Positions 33,607 through 44,062 of a stretch of 64,000 nt of DNA are shown in pieces. Within the stretch, counting starts at the first letter, position 1. Every line of letters begins with the position of its first letter. The notes below the pieces were generated by a model that was given only the letters and a program-made list of their open reading frames with translations, had not been told where the DNA came from and did not search any database. Both the position numbers and the translations under genes were made by a program. The DNA is from an uncultured Chloroflexia bacterium (GTDB lineage: Bacteria; Chloroflexota; Limnocylindria; Limnocylindrales; CSP1-4): positions 32,001-96,000 of the forward strand of contig CAVRGP010000002.1 in the NCBI GenBank assembly GCA_963720755.1, in the 5' to 3' direction.

Positions 33607-33625
33607 ATCGTCGTTTCCTCCTATG

Positions 33626-33646
33626 TCCGGGGCGACTCGCCCCGGA
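33626..33646 (-). other. Stable hairpin just upstream of the atpE RBS
   Basis: TCCGGGGCGA-C-TCGCCCCGGA inverted repeat. Confidence 0.45.
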
Positions 33647-33683
33647 TCTGTTTGGACCTTGCCTACCTGCGCGTTCGCGCGGA

Positions 33684-34724
33684 TCAGTTGGCGGGCTGGA
33701 GTCCGGATGACTCCGACCCGTGGGGATGACCGAGAGCTTCCTCCGCGAGGTCGCCCTCCTCGTGTCCATGGCTCTCGATCGCCAGGACGATGAACATGAG
33801 TGTCAGGATGCTGAAGATGAGCGCCTGGATCGCGTTGAGCATGAGCTCCAGGCCGAGCAGGCCGACCGGGATGAACGCGATCGTGAGGGCGGTGATGACG
33901 CCGAGCGCGACCTCGCCGCCGTAGATGTTGCCGAAGAGTCGCATCGACAGCGTGACCGGCTTGACGAATTCGAGCATGAGTTCCACCAGGCCGACGAACA
34001 GCGCGAGCCCGCCGGCGATGATCCCGTTTCGGAACTCGTAGAGCGGGAAGAACTTGCCGGCGTAGCCGCGAACCCCGAGCCGTCGGAAGCCCTCGAACTC
34101 GAAGTACGCGAAGCTCACCAGGGCGAGACCGATCGTGATGTTGACGTCGCTGGTCGGCGCGCGCAGCTCCTCGATCTTGCCGACCGGCGGGATGAGCCCG
34201 CTCCAGTTGCAGAACAGGATGAGGATGAAGAAGCCGATGAACAGCGGGACGTACGGCCGCCCGGCGGGGCCGGTGATCCCGATCCCGAAGTCGCTCATGA
34301 ATTCGTAGAACCACTCGAACACGTTCTGGGCGCGACCGGGGATCAACCTGGACCCACGGACCATCAGGATCGCTCCGATCAGGACGACGGCCATGACGAT
34401 CCACATGGTCAGGATCGTCGAGCTGATGCTCGGGTAGAAGACGATCAGCTCGCTCGCGGGCGGCGGTGTGGACCCGTCCGGTGCCCACACGACGTGGGGG
34501 GCGGGAAACTCCAGCGTCCCGTTGATGTAACAGACCGGGAAGTCACACGCATCGCCGGGCTGGCCGCCCTTGGGGAACGGCGGGACCAGGATGAACGCGA
34601 CGAGGTTGAAGACGATGATCCCGCCGATGAGCAGGAACCAGCGCGAGGACAGACCGCGACCCGACGCGGATCGCGGGGCTGGGGCCTCGGTGGTGTCCGG
34701 GGTCTCGACCTGCTCGCTCGACAC
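33684..34724 (-). CDS. atpB: ATP synthase a
   Basis: 'APTSDVN', 'LSMRLFGN', 'IQALIFSIL'. Confidence 0.95.
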   Translation of the reverse strand: MSSEQVETPDTTEAPAPRSASGRGLSSRWFLLIGGIIVFNLVAFILVPPFPKGGQPGDACDFPVCYINGTLEFPAPHVVWAPDGSTPPPASELIVFYPSISSTILTMWIVMAVVLIGAILMVRGSRLIPGRAQNVFEWFYEFMSDFGIGITGPAGRPYVPLFIGFFILILFCNWSGLIPPVGKIEELRAPTSDVNITIGLALVSFAYFEFEGFRRLGVRGYAGKFFPLYEFRNGIIAGGLALFVGLVELMLEFVKPVTLSMRLFGNIYGGEVALGVITALTIAFIPVGLLGLELMLNAIQALIFSILTLMFIVLAIESHGHEEGDLAEEALGHPHGSESSGLQPAN

Positions 34725-34784
34725 TATCGCTCCACACACAGGAGCGCGGCTTCGTGCCGCGCTCGGATCCTCCCTCGCCGGTCC

Positions 34785-35024
34785 TCACCCGCCCGGCTGA
34801 TCGAACGTCTTCAGGAACCGGCTGATCAACCTGGCGATCATCAGGGTCCCGGCCCCTGCGCCAGCCAGAAAGCCGACGATCAGAAAGATGGGAAGGGTGC
34901 CAAGTTGCTTGTCCACCCAGTACCCGACGAACACGCCGATCAGTGTCGTGACCAGGAGTGAGACGCCGATCTCCGAGAAGAGGACGATGTATCCCCAGCC
35001 TCGGCCGGGCTCGATCATGGGCAA
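34785..35024 (-). CDS. AtpZ/AtpI-family protein
   Basis: 'GYWVDKQLGTLPIFLIVGFLAG'; first gene of the atp operon. Confidence 0.85.
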   Translation of the reverse strand: MPMIEPGRGWGYIVLFSEIGVSLLVTTLIGVFVGYWVDKQLGTLPIFLIVGFLAGAGAGTLMIARLISRFLKTFDQPGG

Positions 35025-35093
35025 CCTGACACGGCCGCGGCAGTATAGCAGCTGCCACTGCCGCGGCAGGTCCGTCGAGGCAGGATCCCGACC

Positions 35094-36689
35094 TCAGCGA
35101 AGCACGAGGAAGGCGTCGAGGTCGATACGACCGCCGCCGATCGGACGGAGTTCGATCGTATGGGTCGCGAGCGACGCGAAGTGGTGCCTGAAGACGACCT
35201 TCCGGAAGTGGCTGGAGGCGGCGTGAAGGTCGATCGTGCCGGCAAGCGTCCCGTCGATCCAGACCTGCGCCCGGCCGCTGTGGGCCGTCTTCGTGGCCAC
35301 CCAGGCGACCTCACGCATCGACGCTGTCAGGGCGACCCGGGCGCTGGTCGATGCGCTATAGGCGTGGGTGCCCAGCGCACGGGCATCCTTCTTCGTCGTC
35401 CACGATCCGGAACGATGGACAGCGGCAGACGAGTCCTGGTATCTGGTCACCTTGAATGTCGGCCCGTACGTATAGGTACTCACGTTCCCTTCCCGGTCCG
35501 TGGAGCGCACCCGGAATCGGTACGTCCGGCCGTTGCGCAGCGTCTGATCGATCGACGTCGACGTCGCCCGCGCCAGATGGATCGTGGACCACGCTCCGCC
35601 CGCCGCCTGGACCTGGACCTTGTAGCCGGTGATGCCGGTGCCACCCGGGTCGGTCGCGGACCAGGAGAGATGGACCTTGGTGGTACTGGACCCTTCGGTC
35701 TGGCCCGGGATCGTCGCGACCGGGGCAACGACGATCGGCGCGACGACATCCTTCTGGACCGTGACGAGGACCGTCGCGGTATCCGTGCCGCCGTGTCCAT
35801 CGCTGATCGTGTACGTGAAGGCGTCCGTCCCGTGGAACAACTGGACCGGGTCATAGGTCAGGCCCGTGCCACCGCCGGTGATCGCCACCGTGCCATGGGC
35901 GCCGCTGGTCTTGCCCGTGATCGTCAGCGTATCGCCGTCTGCATCGGTGTCGTTGGCAAGGACATCGAGGCCCGTCGGTCCCGCGCTCTCGGGCACGGTC
36001 AGTCCGGCATCGTTGGCGGCGTTCGGGGCAACGTTCGGCACGATCGTGACCGTGACGGTGCCCGTCGCCGACCCGCCGTTCCCGTCCGAGATCGTGTAGG
36101 TGAAGCTGTCGTCGACAGACACGCCGGGGTCGGGCTGGTAGGTCAGGCCGGTCCCGCCGCCGGTGATGACGACCGTTCCGGTGGCGCCATCGGTCGCGTC
36201 GGTGATCGTGAGGCTGTCGCCATCGACATCGGTGTCGTTGGCCAGCACGTCGACAGCGGTCGGCGGAGCATCCTGGCTCGTCTCGAGATGATCGTCGGCG
36301 GCGACCGGCGGGCTGTTCACGATCACCGTCACCGTCGCGGTCGAGCTGCCCGCCGTGCTGTCCTCGATGGTGTAGTCGAAGGTATCGATCCCGTGGAAGG
36401 CGGCGTCCGGCTGGTAGTCGATCGCGTCGCCGTTGACCGTCGCCGTGCCGTTGGCCGGAACGGTCACATCGGTGATGGTCAGGGTGTCACCGACATCGGG
36501 GTCGCTGTCGTTGGCGAGCACGTCGAGGCTCGTCGTCGATGCATCGACGGGCACGGTGAAGCTGTCGTCAACGGCGATCGGATCGGAGGCGAGGGCGACC
36601 GCGGGGGCGAGGCTCGCGAGCATCGCCCCGACGATGAATGCAGCGACCAGCGGTCGGATGGGTCGGATCGGACGCCTAGCACGGGACAT
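35094..36689 (-). CDS. Secreted adhesin-like protein: three cadherin-like/Big_9 repeats plus FN3 and C-terminal beta-sandwich
   Basis: Signal peptide; three 'P.A.DD...DVLAND.D.DGD.LTIT...FTYTISDG.GG' repeats; 'YRFRVRSTD'. Confidence 0.85.
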   Translation of the reverse strand: MSRARRPIRPIRPLVAAFIVGAMLASLAPAVALASDPIAVDDSFTVPVDASTTSLDVLANDSDPDVGDTLTITDVTVPANGTATVNGDAIDYQPDAAFHGIDTFDYTIEDSTAGSSTATVTVIVNSPPVAADDHLETSQDAPPTAVDVLANDTDVDGDSLTITDATDGATGTVVITGGGTGLTYQPDPGVSVDDSFTYTISDGNGGSATGTVTVTIVPNVAPNAANDAGLTVPESAGPTGLDVLANDTDADGDTLTITGKTSGAHGTVAITGGGTGLTYDPVQLFHGTDAFTYTISDGHGGTDTATVLVTVQKDVVAPIVVAPVATIPGQTEGSSTTKVHLSWSATDPGGTGITGYKVQVQAAGGAWSTIHLARATSTSIDQTLRNGRTYRFRVRSTDREGNVSTYTYGPTFKVTRYQDSSAAVHRSGSWTTKKDARALGTHAYSASTSARVALTASMREVAWVATKTAHSGRAQVWIDGTLAGTIDLHAASSHFRKVVFRHHFASLATHTIELRPIGGGRIDLDAFLVLR

Positions 36690-37584
36690 TGATCACCTTC
36701 GATGCGAAGTCGGTTCCGCCTGGGCCGGTGACCGTCAGGATCACCGTGTAGGTGCCGTCAGCGGCATAGGAATGGTTGGCGACCTTGGTGTCAGCGGAGC
36801 CGCCGTCGAAGTCCCAGTGCCACGCGGTCGCGTGGCTCGAGGCTGAAGCGTCGAACGTGATCGCCACATCTGGATCCGCACACGAGGCAGACACGTCGAT
36901 GACGGCGGTCGGCGCCGGAGCCGCCGTCGGTTTGGGGGTCGGCCGTCGGGTCGGCTTCGGTGTGGGGCGTGGCGTCGGTGGCCGGGTGGCGGCCGTGATC
37001 TTCACGGACGTCCTGTGGGTCGGCTTCGGCTTCGGCTTGGCGGTGGCTTTCGGCGTCGGAACCGGAGTCGGGCTCGCGGTGGCCTGGGCCGCCAGCGCGA
37101 TCGGGCTCGCCGTCGAGGACACGGCGACTGCTGCTGCCCTCGTCTCGTCGGGCCGTCCGTTCGACCACAGCGCGAGCGAGACCAGCCCGACGACGGCGAT
37201 GGCGATGAGAACGAAACCCGTGTCACGGATCATCCGACGGCGACGCTCGGGGGCCAGGCCCGTCGGTGGTGTCCGCGCCGGGGAATCAGGGGACCGCGCC
37301 CGCTGGTTCGGCGCCGGTGCGGTCGGTGGCGCTGGTGCGTCGACGGGTCGGGATACGGGCGGCAGAGGCGGGAAACCTGCGATCGCGATCGCAGGTTCGT
37401 CGGGTGCCTCGGGGGCCACCAGCGCCCACGGCGTGGCCTCGGGGGCAGGCACGTTGGGCGCGCCGATGCGCTGCGCGATCGTGTCCGGACCGAGCGCCGG
37501 CACATCCGTCGGAGGCACCACGAGCTGCGCTGGTCGGCGGCGCAACCGGTGGACGATGTCTGGAAGGTTCGTTCCCTGGTTCAT
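36676..37584 (-). CDS. Membrane-anchored PKD-domain protein with Pro/Thr-rich linker
   Basis: Single TM, PTP[K/R] repeats, 'WHWDFDGG...HSYAADGTYTVILTVTGPGG'. Confidence 0.8.
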   Translation of the reverse strand: MNQGTNLPDIVHRLRRRPAQLVVPPTDVPALGPDTIAQRIGAPNVPAPEATPWALVAPEAPDEPAIAIAGFPPLPPVSRPVDAPAPPTAPAPNQRARSPDSPARTPPTGLAPERRRRMIRDTGFVLIAIAVVGLVSLALWSNGRPDETRAAAVAVSSTASPIALAAQATASPTPVPTPKATAKPKPKPTHRTSVKITAATRPPTPRPTPKPTRRPTPKPTAAPAPTAVIDVSASCADPDVAITFDASASSHATAWHWDFDGGSADTKVANHSYAADGTYTVILTVTGPGGTDFASKVINVPC

Positions 37585-37714
37585 CGGGTCCCTGGAGGTT
37601 CGCCGCTGACGCCGCGGCCGGCCGCGATGCTACCACCGGGCGAACGGATCCCATATCAGGCGAACGTCCTACCGGACCTATCCCTTCCGCCGCTGGACGC
37701 GATCACTCCGTTGG

Positions 37715-38707
37715 TCACGGAGCCGTGGATGGGACGGCGATCGATGGCAGCTCGAGACCGGCACTGGCTGCCAGCGCCCGGGAGGCGGCGTCGATCGTGC
37801 CAAGACCGGCCACCGCCTTGAGCATCGCCTTGGCGGTCGAACGATATGCAGCCAGGTCGGACAACGGAGCATGCAGCCCGTCGCGAGCGGTCGATGCGAT
37901 CGTCGAATAGAAGTTGGCAAGCCCGGTCTGAACCGTGGACGCCGCCGTCCACGGCGCCATCCTGCTGGTCAGGTCGATCCCGGCCGCGGCATCGGCGGCC
38001 AAGACGCGCAGTGCCTTGGCCAGATCGGAAGCACTGAGCCCCTTCCTGGCCAGCGTCGTCCGCAGGTTCGTACCGTCGGCCGCGATCCGGCCGTTGATCA
38101 CGGCCGTTCCGCGCAGCGCGGCCACGGCCGACGCTGGCGGCACCGGCACCACGATGGTCTCGGAGGGGGTCGCCGACGCGTCGGGCGTGCCTGACCCCAG
38201 CGACGAACTGGGGGTGCTCGCCGCGAGCACATCGCCGGACTGCTGGCCCGAGGAGATGCTCGACCAGACGACGAGAGCAATGACCCCGATGGCGGCGACG
38301 CCGACGATCGCGAACCCGCTCGCGCGCCCGAGCTGCCGCCTGGATCGCGATCGGTACGCGGTGGTGGGCGGCCGTTCGTCGCTGGGCCGGACCGGCATTG
38401 CGACAACAGGTGGGGTAGTCGCATCGGCATGGGCATGCCCGCTCCACGCGATCGGCTGGCCACCGATGATGACGATGCCTGGCTCCCCGTCGGTGTCCGG
38501 GACCGGCCCATCCGCCGCTGGCGATTCAGGGGTCGCCGCTTCTTCGACGACCCGATCGGGCGACCTCCGGATGCGGCCTCGGAGTGGGGCCATCGACGGA
38601 GCCCGAACCCCTAGTGTTCGGAGGGCCTTGGCGAATCCGACGACCATCAAGCCGATCAGGAGCACGGCGATGATGGCGACGATCGCGACGATCAATTCCT
38701 GAGACAC
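37715..38707 (-). CDS. Hypothetical membrane protein (two TM segments, Ala-rich helical C-domain)
   Basis: Likely GTG start 'VSQELIVAIVAIIAVLL' within ORF 37715..39298. Confidence 0.6.
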   Translation of the reverse strand: MSQELIVAIVAIIAVLLIGLMVVGFAKALRTLGVRAPSMAPLRGRIRRSPDRVVEEAATPESPAADGPVPDTDGEPGIVIIGGQPIAWSGHAHADATTPPVVAMPVRPSDERPPTTAYRSRSRRQLGRASGFAIVGVAAIGVIALVVWSSISSGQQSGDVLAASTPSSSLGSGTPDASATPSETIVVPVPPASAVAALRGTAVINGRIAADGTNLRTTLARKGLSASDLAKALRVLAADAAAGIDLTSRMAPWTAASTVQTGLANFYSTIASTARDGLHAPLSDLAAYRSTAKAMLKAVAGLGTIDAASRALAASAGLELPSIAVPSTAP

Positions 38708-38811
38708 GGCTACCCTGCCTGCCTGTTCCGCCGATGGTCGGTATCCACCCTGGAGATCGCCACGCCTCGATGCTAGCATCACCCGGTGGGCCGACCAACG
38801 AGGGCGATGCC

Positions 38812-39951
38812 CTATCCGGCTTGGTCGGTGTCCGGTTCGTAGGCTTCGGCTTCGAGCTCGTCGGGCCGGCTGAACGTGCCTCGGGTCGGCAGGAACAGCA
38901 CGAGCCCGGATGCGACGAAGATCCCCAGGAATGCATACAGCTGGGTCACGCCCGACAGGAGCAGGGAGAGCAGCGCCAGTCCGAGGCAGATCCCGTAGAT
39001 CACCAGGACCGTCTGGCGATGCGACAGACCAAGGTCCAGCAGGCGGTGGTGGATGTGGGACCGGTCCGGGGTGAACGGCGATCGACCCTGCGACACCCGC
39101 CGGACGATGATCCAGAACGTATCGATGATCGGCACCCCAAGGACGAGCAGGGCGACTGCGACCTTGGCCGTCCCGAGGATGGCCAGGACGGCAAGCGTGA
39201 AGCCGACGAACTGGACCCCGCTCGTCCCGGTGAAGATCGAGGCCGGATTGAAGTTCCAGCGGAGGAACCCGAGCAGCGACCCGGCCAGGACGAAGCACAG
39301 GATCGCGATGAGCGGCTGCGCGACCTGGGTGGTCAGACTGATCATCCCGAGGGTGACCGCCGCGATGAGGGCGATCCCGGTCGACAGCCCATCAAGTCCA
39401 TCGATCCAGTTGATGCTGTTGATCATCCCGACGATCCAGAAGACCGTCAGACCGGCGGCGAACACGCCATCGAACCGGATCGTGCCGGGCCCGATCGGGT
39501 TGGCCACGAAGTCGATGGATATCCCCAGGAAGACGGCACCGACAGCCAGGATGACCTGACCGATCAGCTGCGCTCGGGCTCGCAGATCGAGCAGGTCGTC
39601 GATGGCGCCAAGACCGGCGGCGACGGCACCGCCCAACAGGAGCGCGATGACCTCGGACGCACCGAGCGAGAACGGGATCGCGACGACGCCGCGCGATCGT
39701 TCGACGAACAGGAAGGCACTGGCCACGACCAGGAACGCGGCGCAGACGGCCAGCCCGCCACCACGCGGGACCGGGATGGTATTGACGCGGCGAGCTTCGG
39801 GACGATCGAGGACCTCGTAGCGGAGCATGATCCGGCGGACCACCGGTGTGAGGACGAGCGCCAGCAGCGCGGCAGCCGCGAACAGGACGACGATCGGCCC
39901 CAGGACGGCGTCGAGCCGCGAGACGAAGTTCATCGGACCCAGAGCCGACAC
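38812..39951 (-). CDS. MraY/WecA/TagO family undecaprenyl-phosphate GlcNAc-1-P transferase
   Basis: 'VPRGGG', 'GAIDD', 'NWIDGLDGL', 'NFNPASIF', 'DRSHIHHRL'. Confidence 0.93.
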   Translation of the reverse strand: MSALGPMNFVSRLDAVLGPIVVLFAAAALLALVLTPVVRRIMLRYEVLDRPEARRVNTIPVPRGGGLAVCAAFLVVASAFLFVERSRGVVAIPFSLGASEVIALLLGGAVAAGLGAIDDLLDLRARAQLIGQVILAVGAVFLGISIDFVANPIGPGTIRFDGVFAAGLTVFWIVGMINSINWIDGLDGLSTGIALIAAVTLGMISLTTQVAQPLIAILCFVLAGSLLGFLRWNFNPASIFTGTSGVQFVGFTLAVLAILGTAKVAVALLVLGVPIIDTFWIIVRRVSQGRSPFTPDRSHIHHRLLDLGLSHRQTVLVIYGICLGLALLSLLLSGVTQLYAFLGIFVASGLVLFLPTRGTFSRPDELEAEAYEPDTDQAG

Positions 39952-40006
39952 GGTCTGACCGACGTCACCGGATGAGGTCGCGCTGACGGGCGTCCGTGGA
40001 CCAGGA

Positions 40007-41350
40007 TCACGCCGGCGGCAGGCCCGGGACCGGGAACCGGCTCACGATCTCGCGAACCTCGGCAGCCAGGCTGGCGTGGCTGGCCGAGTCATCGCGGGTC
40101 CGGATGGCATCGACGATGATCCGTCCGACCGTCCGCATCTCCTCGGGCCCGAAACCGCGGGAGGTCGTGGCCGGCGTGCCGATCCGGACCCCCGATGCGG
40201 TGTTGGGGGGCAGCGTGTCGAATGGGATCGCGTTCTTGTTGACGGTGATGCCGATCTCATCGAGGAGGTGCTCGGCCTCCTTGCCGGTGACGCCGAGCGG
40301 CGTGACGTCGACCAGCAACAGATGGTTGTCGGTCCCGCCCGACACGACCCGGGCCCCGAGTCCCGACAGCGTCTCGGCCATGACGGTGGCGTTCGCGATC
40401 GTTCGCTGCTGGTCGATCCGGAAGGCCTCACCGGCAGCCAGCTTGAAGGCGACCGCCTTGCCGGCGATGACGTGCATGAGCGGCCCACCCTGGATGCCCG
40501 GGAACACCGTCCGGTCCACAGAGGCCGCGAGGGCCCCGTCGGCGGCGCCGTTCTTGATCGCAGGGAACGCAGCCGGGTCCAGCCCGTCGCGCAGGGTCCG
40601 GCGCGTGAACACCATCCCGCCTCGCGGGCCTCGGAGGGTCTTGTGCGTGGTCGTGGTCACCAGGTCCGCGATCGGGAATGGGCTGGGGTGGACACCGGCC
40701 GCGACCAGGCCCGCGATGTGGGCCATGTCGATGAACAGGAATGCCCCGACATCCGCCGCGATCTCAGCCATCCGCTCGAAGTCCCACAGGCGGGGATAGG
40801 CCGACGCCCCGCCGACGATGAGCTTCGGGCGAACCTCGCGGGCCTGGGCCGCCATCGCGTCGTAGTCGATCTGCTCCGTGTCGCGCCGAACGCCGTAGGC
40901 GTGGACCTCGTACAGGCGACCGCTGAAGTTGAGGGCCATCCCGTGGGTCAGATGGCCGCCGTGGGCGAGGTTCATGCCCATGATCCGGTCGCCGGGCTGC
41001 AGCACGCTGAAGTAAGCCGCCATGTTGGCCTGGGCGCCGGAGTGCGGTTGCACATTGACATGCTCGGACCCGGGATAGAGCGCCAGGGCGCGTTCCTGGG
41101 CGAGGCGCTCGGCGACGTCCACGTACTCGCAGCCGCCGTAGTAGCGCTTGCCCGGCAGGCCCTCGGCGTACTTGTTGGTCAGCCAGGATCCCTGCGCCTC
41201 CATCACCGCCGCCGACACGTAGTTCTCGCTGGCGATCAACTCGATCTTGTCGTGCTGGCGACGGCGCTCGGCGAGCATCGCCTCCCAGAGGACCGGGTCG
41301 ACCTCCGAGATCGGTTCGAGCGCCAGGCCCGATGGTGGCGAGATGGTCAT
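40007..41350 (-). CDS. glyA: Serine hydroxymethyltransferase
   Basis: 'LIASENY', 'NKYAEG', '[13 protein letters not shown]'. Confidence 0.98.
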   Translation of the reverse strand: MTISPPSGLALEPISEVDPVLWEAMLAERRRQHDKIELIASENYVSAAVMEAQGSWLTNKYAEGLPGKRYYGGCEYVDVAERLAQERALALYPGSEHVNVQPHSGAQANMAAYFSVLQPGDRIMGMNLAHGGHLTHGMALNFSGRLYEVHAYGVRRDTEQIDYDAMAAQAREVRPKLIVGGASAYPRLWDFERMAEIAADVGAFLFIDMAHIAGLVAAGVHPSPFPIADLVTTTTHKTLRGPRGGMVFTRRTLRDGLDPAAFPAIKNGAADGALAASVDRTVFPGIQGGPLMHVIAGKAVAFKLAAGEAFRIDQQRTIANATVMAETLSGLGARVVSGGTDNHLLLVDVTPLGVTGKEAEHLLDEIGITVNKNAIPFDTLPPNTASGVRIGTPATTSRGFGPEEMRTVGRIIVDAIRTRDDSASHASLAAEVREIVSRFPVPGLPPA

Positions 41351-41472
41351 CCTGTCGCCGCTCCTCCCAAGCCTGCGCGCCCGCCGGCCATGACCGGGAC
41401 GGCGCGTCCGCACCGGTGCCGTTTGCGCGTCGGGCTATCTTCCCACGAACCGGGTGGCCGACACGTCGCCGA

Positions 41473-42117
41473 TCAGAGATCGTGATCCACGCCGGCCCGC
41501 TCCAGGACGTCGACGATCGTCGCCAGCGCGACGGCCCCGGGACGAAGGATCCTGGGCCGCTCGCCCGTGCAATCGATGACCGTGGATGCCGGACCGCCAT
41601 GGGCCATCCCGCCATCGAGGACGAGATCGACGGCGGCGCCGAGCTGGTCGACGATCGACGCCGCATCCGGTGCTTCGGGGAACCCGGACCGGTTTGCCGA
41701 GGTCGTCGGCAGCGGTCCGATCCCAAGAGCGAGCGCCACCGGGGCAGGATGATCGGGCAGGCGCAGGCCAACTGTCGCGGCGCCCCCGGTCAGGGCAGCC
41801 GGGAGGTCGATCCCGGCCCGCTGCGGCACGACGAGGGTCAGCCCGCCAGGCCAGCAGGCGGCCGCGAGCGCTGCGGCCGCCGGTCCCATCTCCCCGATGG
41901 AGGCCGCCTGCGCCGCCGACGCCACGAGCAAGGTGATGCCGCGATCGGGTGGCCGATCCTTGGCCCGGAACAGACGCTCGATGCCGTTCGGGGTGTCCAG
42001 GGCGACCGCGATCCCGTAGACGGTGTCGGTCGGGAGCGCCACGAGTCCGCCGGCGCGCAAGGTCGTGACGGCCTCTCCACGGCCGGCTTCGTCATCGGCG
42101 ATGACCCGGATCGTCAC
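41473..42117 (-). CDS. tsaC: L-threonylcarbamoyladenylate synthase (YrdC domain)
   Basis: 'PTDTVYG', 'KDRP', 'WPGGLT', 'TSANRSG'. Confidence 0.93.
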   Translation of the reverse strand: MTIRVIADDEAGRGEAVTTLRAGGLVALPTDTVYGIAVALDTPNGIERLFRAKDRPPDRGITLLVASAAQAASIGEMGPAAAALAAACWPGGLTLVVPQRAGIDLPAALTGGAATVGLRLPDHPAPVALALGIGPLPTTSANRSGFPEAPDAASIVDQLGAAVDLVLDGGMAHGGPASTVIDCTGERPRILRPGAVALATIVDVLERAGVDHDL

Positions 42118-43040
42118 GATCGGGCGACCGCATCCGGACGAGCGTCCCGGGCCGCCGCGGCGAGCCGCCGGGAGGTCCGCAACGCGACAGCCGGTCTGAC
42201 CAGGACGAGCGCCCGGATCATCTGGGCGACGCCTTCCTCGGTGAGGGGCGGCGCGACGTAGCGGGCGACAGCCTGGACCCCCGTTGGAGCGGTCGGCATC
42301 GCGGCGCCATGGCCGACCTCGGCGAGCATCTCGAAGTCGTTCCACTGGTCGCCGATCGCCATCACCGCGCCGAGTGGGATGCCGAGCCGACGAGCGAGCC
42401 AGCGGACGGCGCGCCCCTTCGAGACGCCGGGGGCGACGAATTCGATGAAGTGGGAGTGACTGACCGTCACGTCCGCCAGGCCGGCGAACCTGGCCCGCGC
42501 GCGCGGGGCGACCTCGGTGGGCAATGGCGGTTCCCCGGCACACATGACCTTGGTCACCGGATGACGGATCGAGTCGATCAGGTCGTCGGCCAGATGGGGC
42601 TTGGCGCCCATGAATGTCGCGTACTCGTCGGCTCGGGGATCGTCGGTGCGAACGATGAAGCGCTCGAGATGGTTGACGTGCGGGTCGAGACCCTGGGCCC
42701 GCGTCCAGACCACGACATCCCGGGCGATCTCTGCGCGCAGCGGTGTATGGACGAGCAGCCGGCCAGGCCGATCGGAGCCGGGAGCCGGCATCTCGCGGAT
42801 CAGGGCGCCCTGGTAGCCGACGACCGGGGCCGTGAGTTCCAGTTGCCGAGCGAACCGAACCGCACTGGAGACCATCCGTCCGGTGATCAGGCTGACGATG
42901 ACACCACGATCGCGGGCTGCCCGGATCGCTTGCCGGGTGTCCGGGCCGATGATCATGTCGTCCCCGATGAGCGTGCCGTCGATGTCGAGGGCGACCAGCT
43001 CGATGGGCAGGATGGGGTCGGGTGTCTTGATCGCGGGCAC
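42114..43040 (-). CDS. Cof-type HAD-IIB hydrolase
   Basis: 'DIDGTL', 'ITGR', 'SKG', 'GDQWND'. Confidence 0.93.
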   Translation of the reverse strand: MPAIKTPDPILPIELVALDIDGTLIGDDMIIGPDTRQAIRAARDRGVIVSLITGRMVSSAVRFARQLELTAPVVGYQGALIREMPAPGSDRPGRLLVHTPLRAEIARDVVVWTRAQGLDPHVNHLERFIVRTDDPRADEYATFMGAKPHLADDLIDSIRHPVTKVMCAGEPPLPTEVAPRARARFAGLADVTVSHSHFIEFVAPGVSKGRAVRWLARRLGIPLGAVMAIGDQWNDFEMLAEVGHGAAMPTAPTGVQAVARYVAPPLTEEGVAQMIRALVLVRPAVALRTSRRLAAAARDARPDAVARS

Positions 43041-43099
43041 ACCGTGATGATGCCCGACGATGGCGTCGGACGCTGGCAGCGTCCCGGGGATCGGGAGCC

Positions 43100-44062
43100 C
43101 TAGCCGGTCGCTCGGTCGCGCCCTGGTCGATCGACCCTGGCGACACGCGGCAGGCCGCCGAGGTCCCGCTCGACGACGCAGGCCCAGCCAGGCAGCCGCC
43201 CGGCCGTCAGCGCCACGATCGATTCGCCCTGGTCGGCGCCGATCTCGAGGAGCGTCAGGCCGCCGGCGACCAGGACGGTCGGCAGACGGTCGAGCAACCG
43301 GCCGATGACCTCGAGCCCGTCGGGTCCGCCGTCGAGCGCCAGGGCAGGCTCGAACGTGGTGGCCACCGGCAGCTCCGTCATCGCGTCCCGGCGAACGTAC
43401 GGGAGGTTGGCAAGGACGAGATCGTACCCATCGCGTGCGTCACCGGATGGCAGGAGGTCCGCCTCCACGAAATTGATCCGATCGGCGACCCCGTGCCCGA
43501 CCGCATTCTCGCGAGCCAGCGCGAGGGCGTCGGGCGAGATGTCGACGGCCGTGATGTCCACGTCACCGGAGGCGCCGAACCGCCGCATCGCTACCGCGAG
43601 GGCGATGGCGATCGCGCCGCTGCCGGTGCCGACATCCACGATCCGGAGCGGCGGCGCCCCGGGTTCACGCACCGCGGAGGTAAGTCGCCGAACCGACTCC
43701 GCTTCCGCGAGATCCACGATCTGCTCCGTCTCCGGGCGTGGGATCAGTGCCCGACGATCGACCTGGAAGGCGAGGCCGTGGAACTCCTTGAAGCCGCGCA
43801 GGTAGGCGACCGGCTCGCCCGCCGCCCGCCGTTCGAGGTCGGCCCGGTAGCGGCGCGCGGCATCGGGCCCGACCGGCGCTTCCGAATGGGCGAGCACCGC
43901 CGTCCGACCGACCCCGATCGCGTGCCCGAGCAGCAGCTCCGCGTCGAGCCTCGGGGTCTCCGAACCGGCTGCGGCCAGGAATGCCGCCCCGTCCCGCAAC
44001 AGGACCCCGGTGATCTCGGTCGCGCCCCCGCCGGGCCGCTCAGGCGACGCCGTCACCGTCAC
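43100..44062 (-). CDS. prmC: Release factor glutamine methyltransferase
   Basis: 'LIPRPETE', 'DVGTGSGAIA', 'ANLPY'. Confidence 0.95.
   Translation of the reverse strand: MTVTASPERPGGGATEITGVLLRDGAAFLAAAGSETPRLDAELLLGHAIGVGRTAVLAHSEAPVGPDAARRYRADLERRAAGEPVAYLRGFKEFHGLAFQVDRRALIPRPETEQIVDLAEAESVRRLTSAVREPGAPPLRIVDVGTGSGAIAIALAVAMRRFGASGDVDITAVDISPDALALARENAVGHGVADRINFVEADLLPSGDARDGYDLVLANLPYVRRDAMTELPVATTFEPALALDGGPDGLEVIGRLLDRLPTVLVAGGLTLLEIGADQGESIVALTAGRLPGWACVVERDLGGLPRVARVDRPGRDRATG

Noticed and set aside
41473-43146. 557-aa extended TsaC, and likewise extended ORFs for atpE, atpG, CPA2 and the sulfotransferase
   Set aside because: Upstream parts are Arg/Pro-rich off-frame read-through of neighbouring genes, typical of high-GC DNA.
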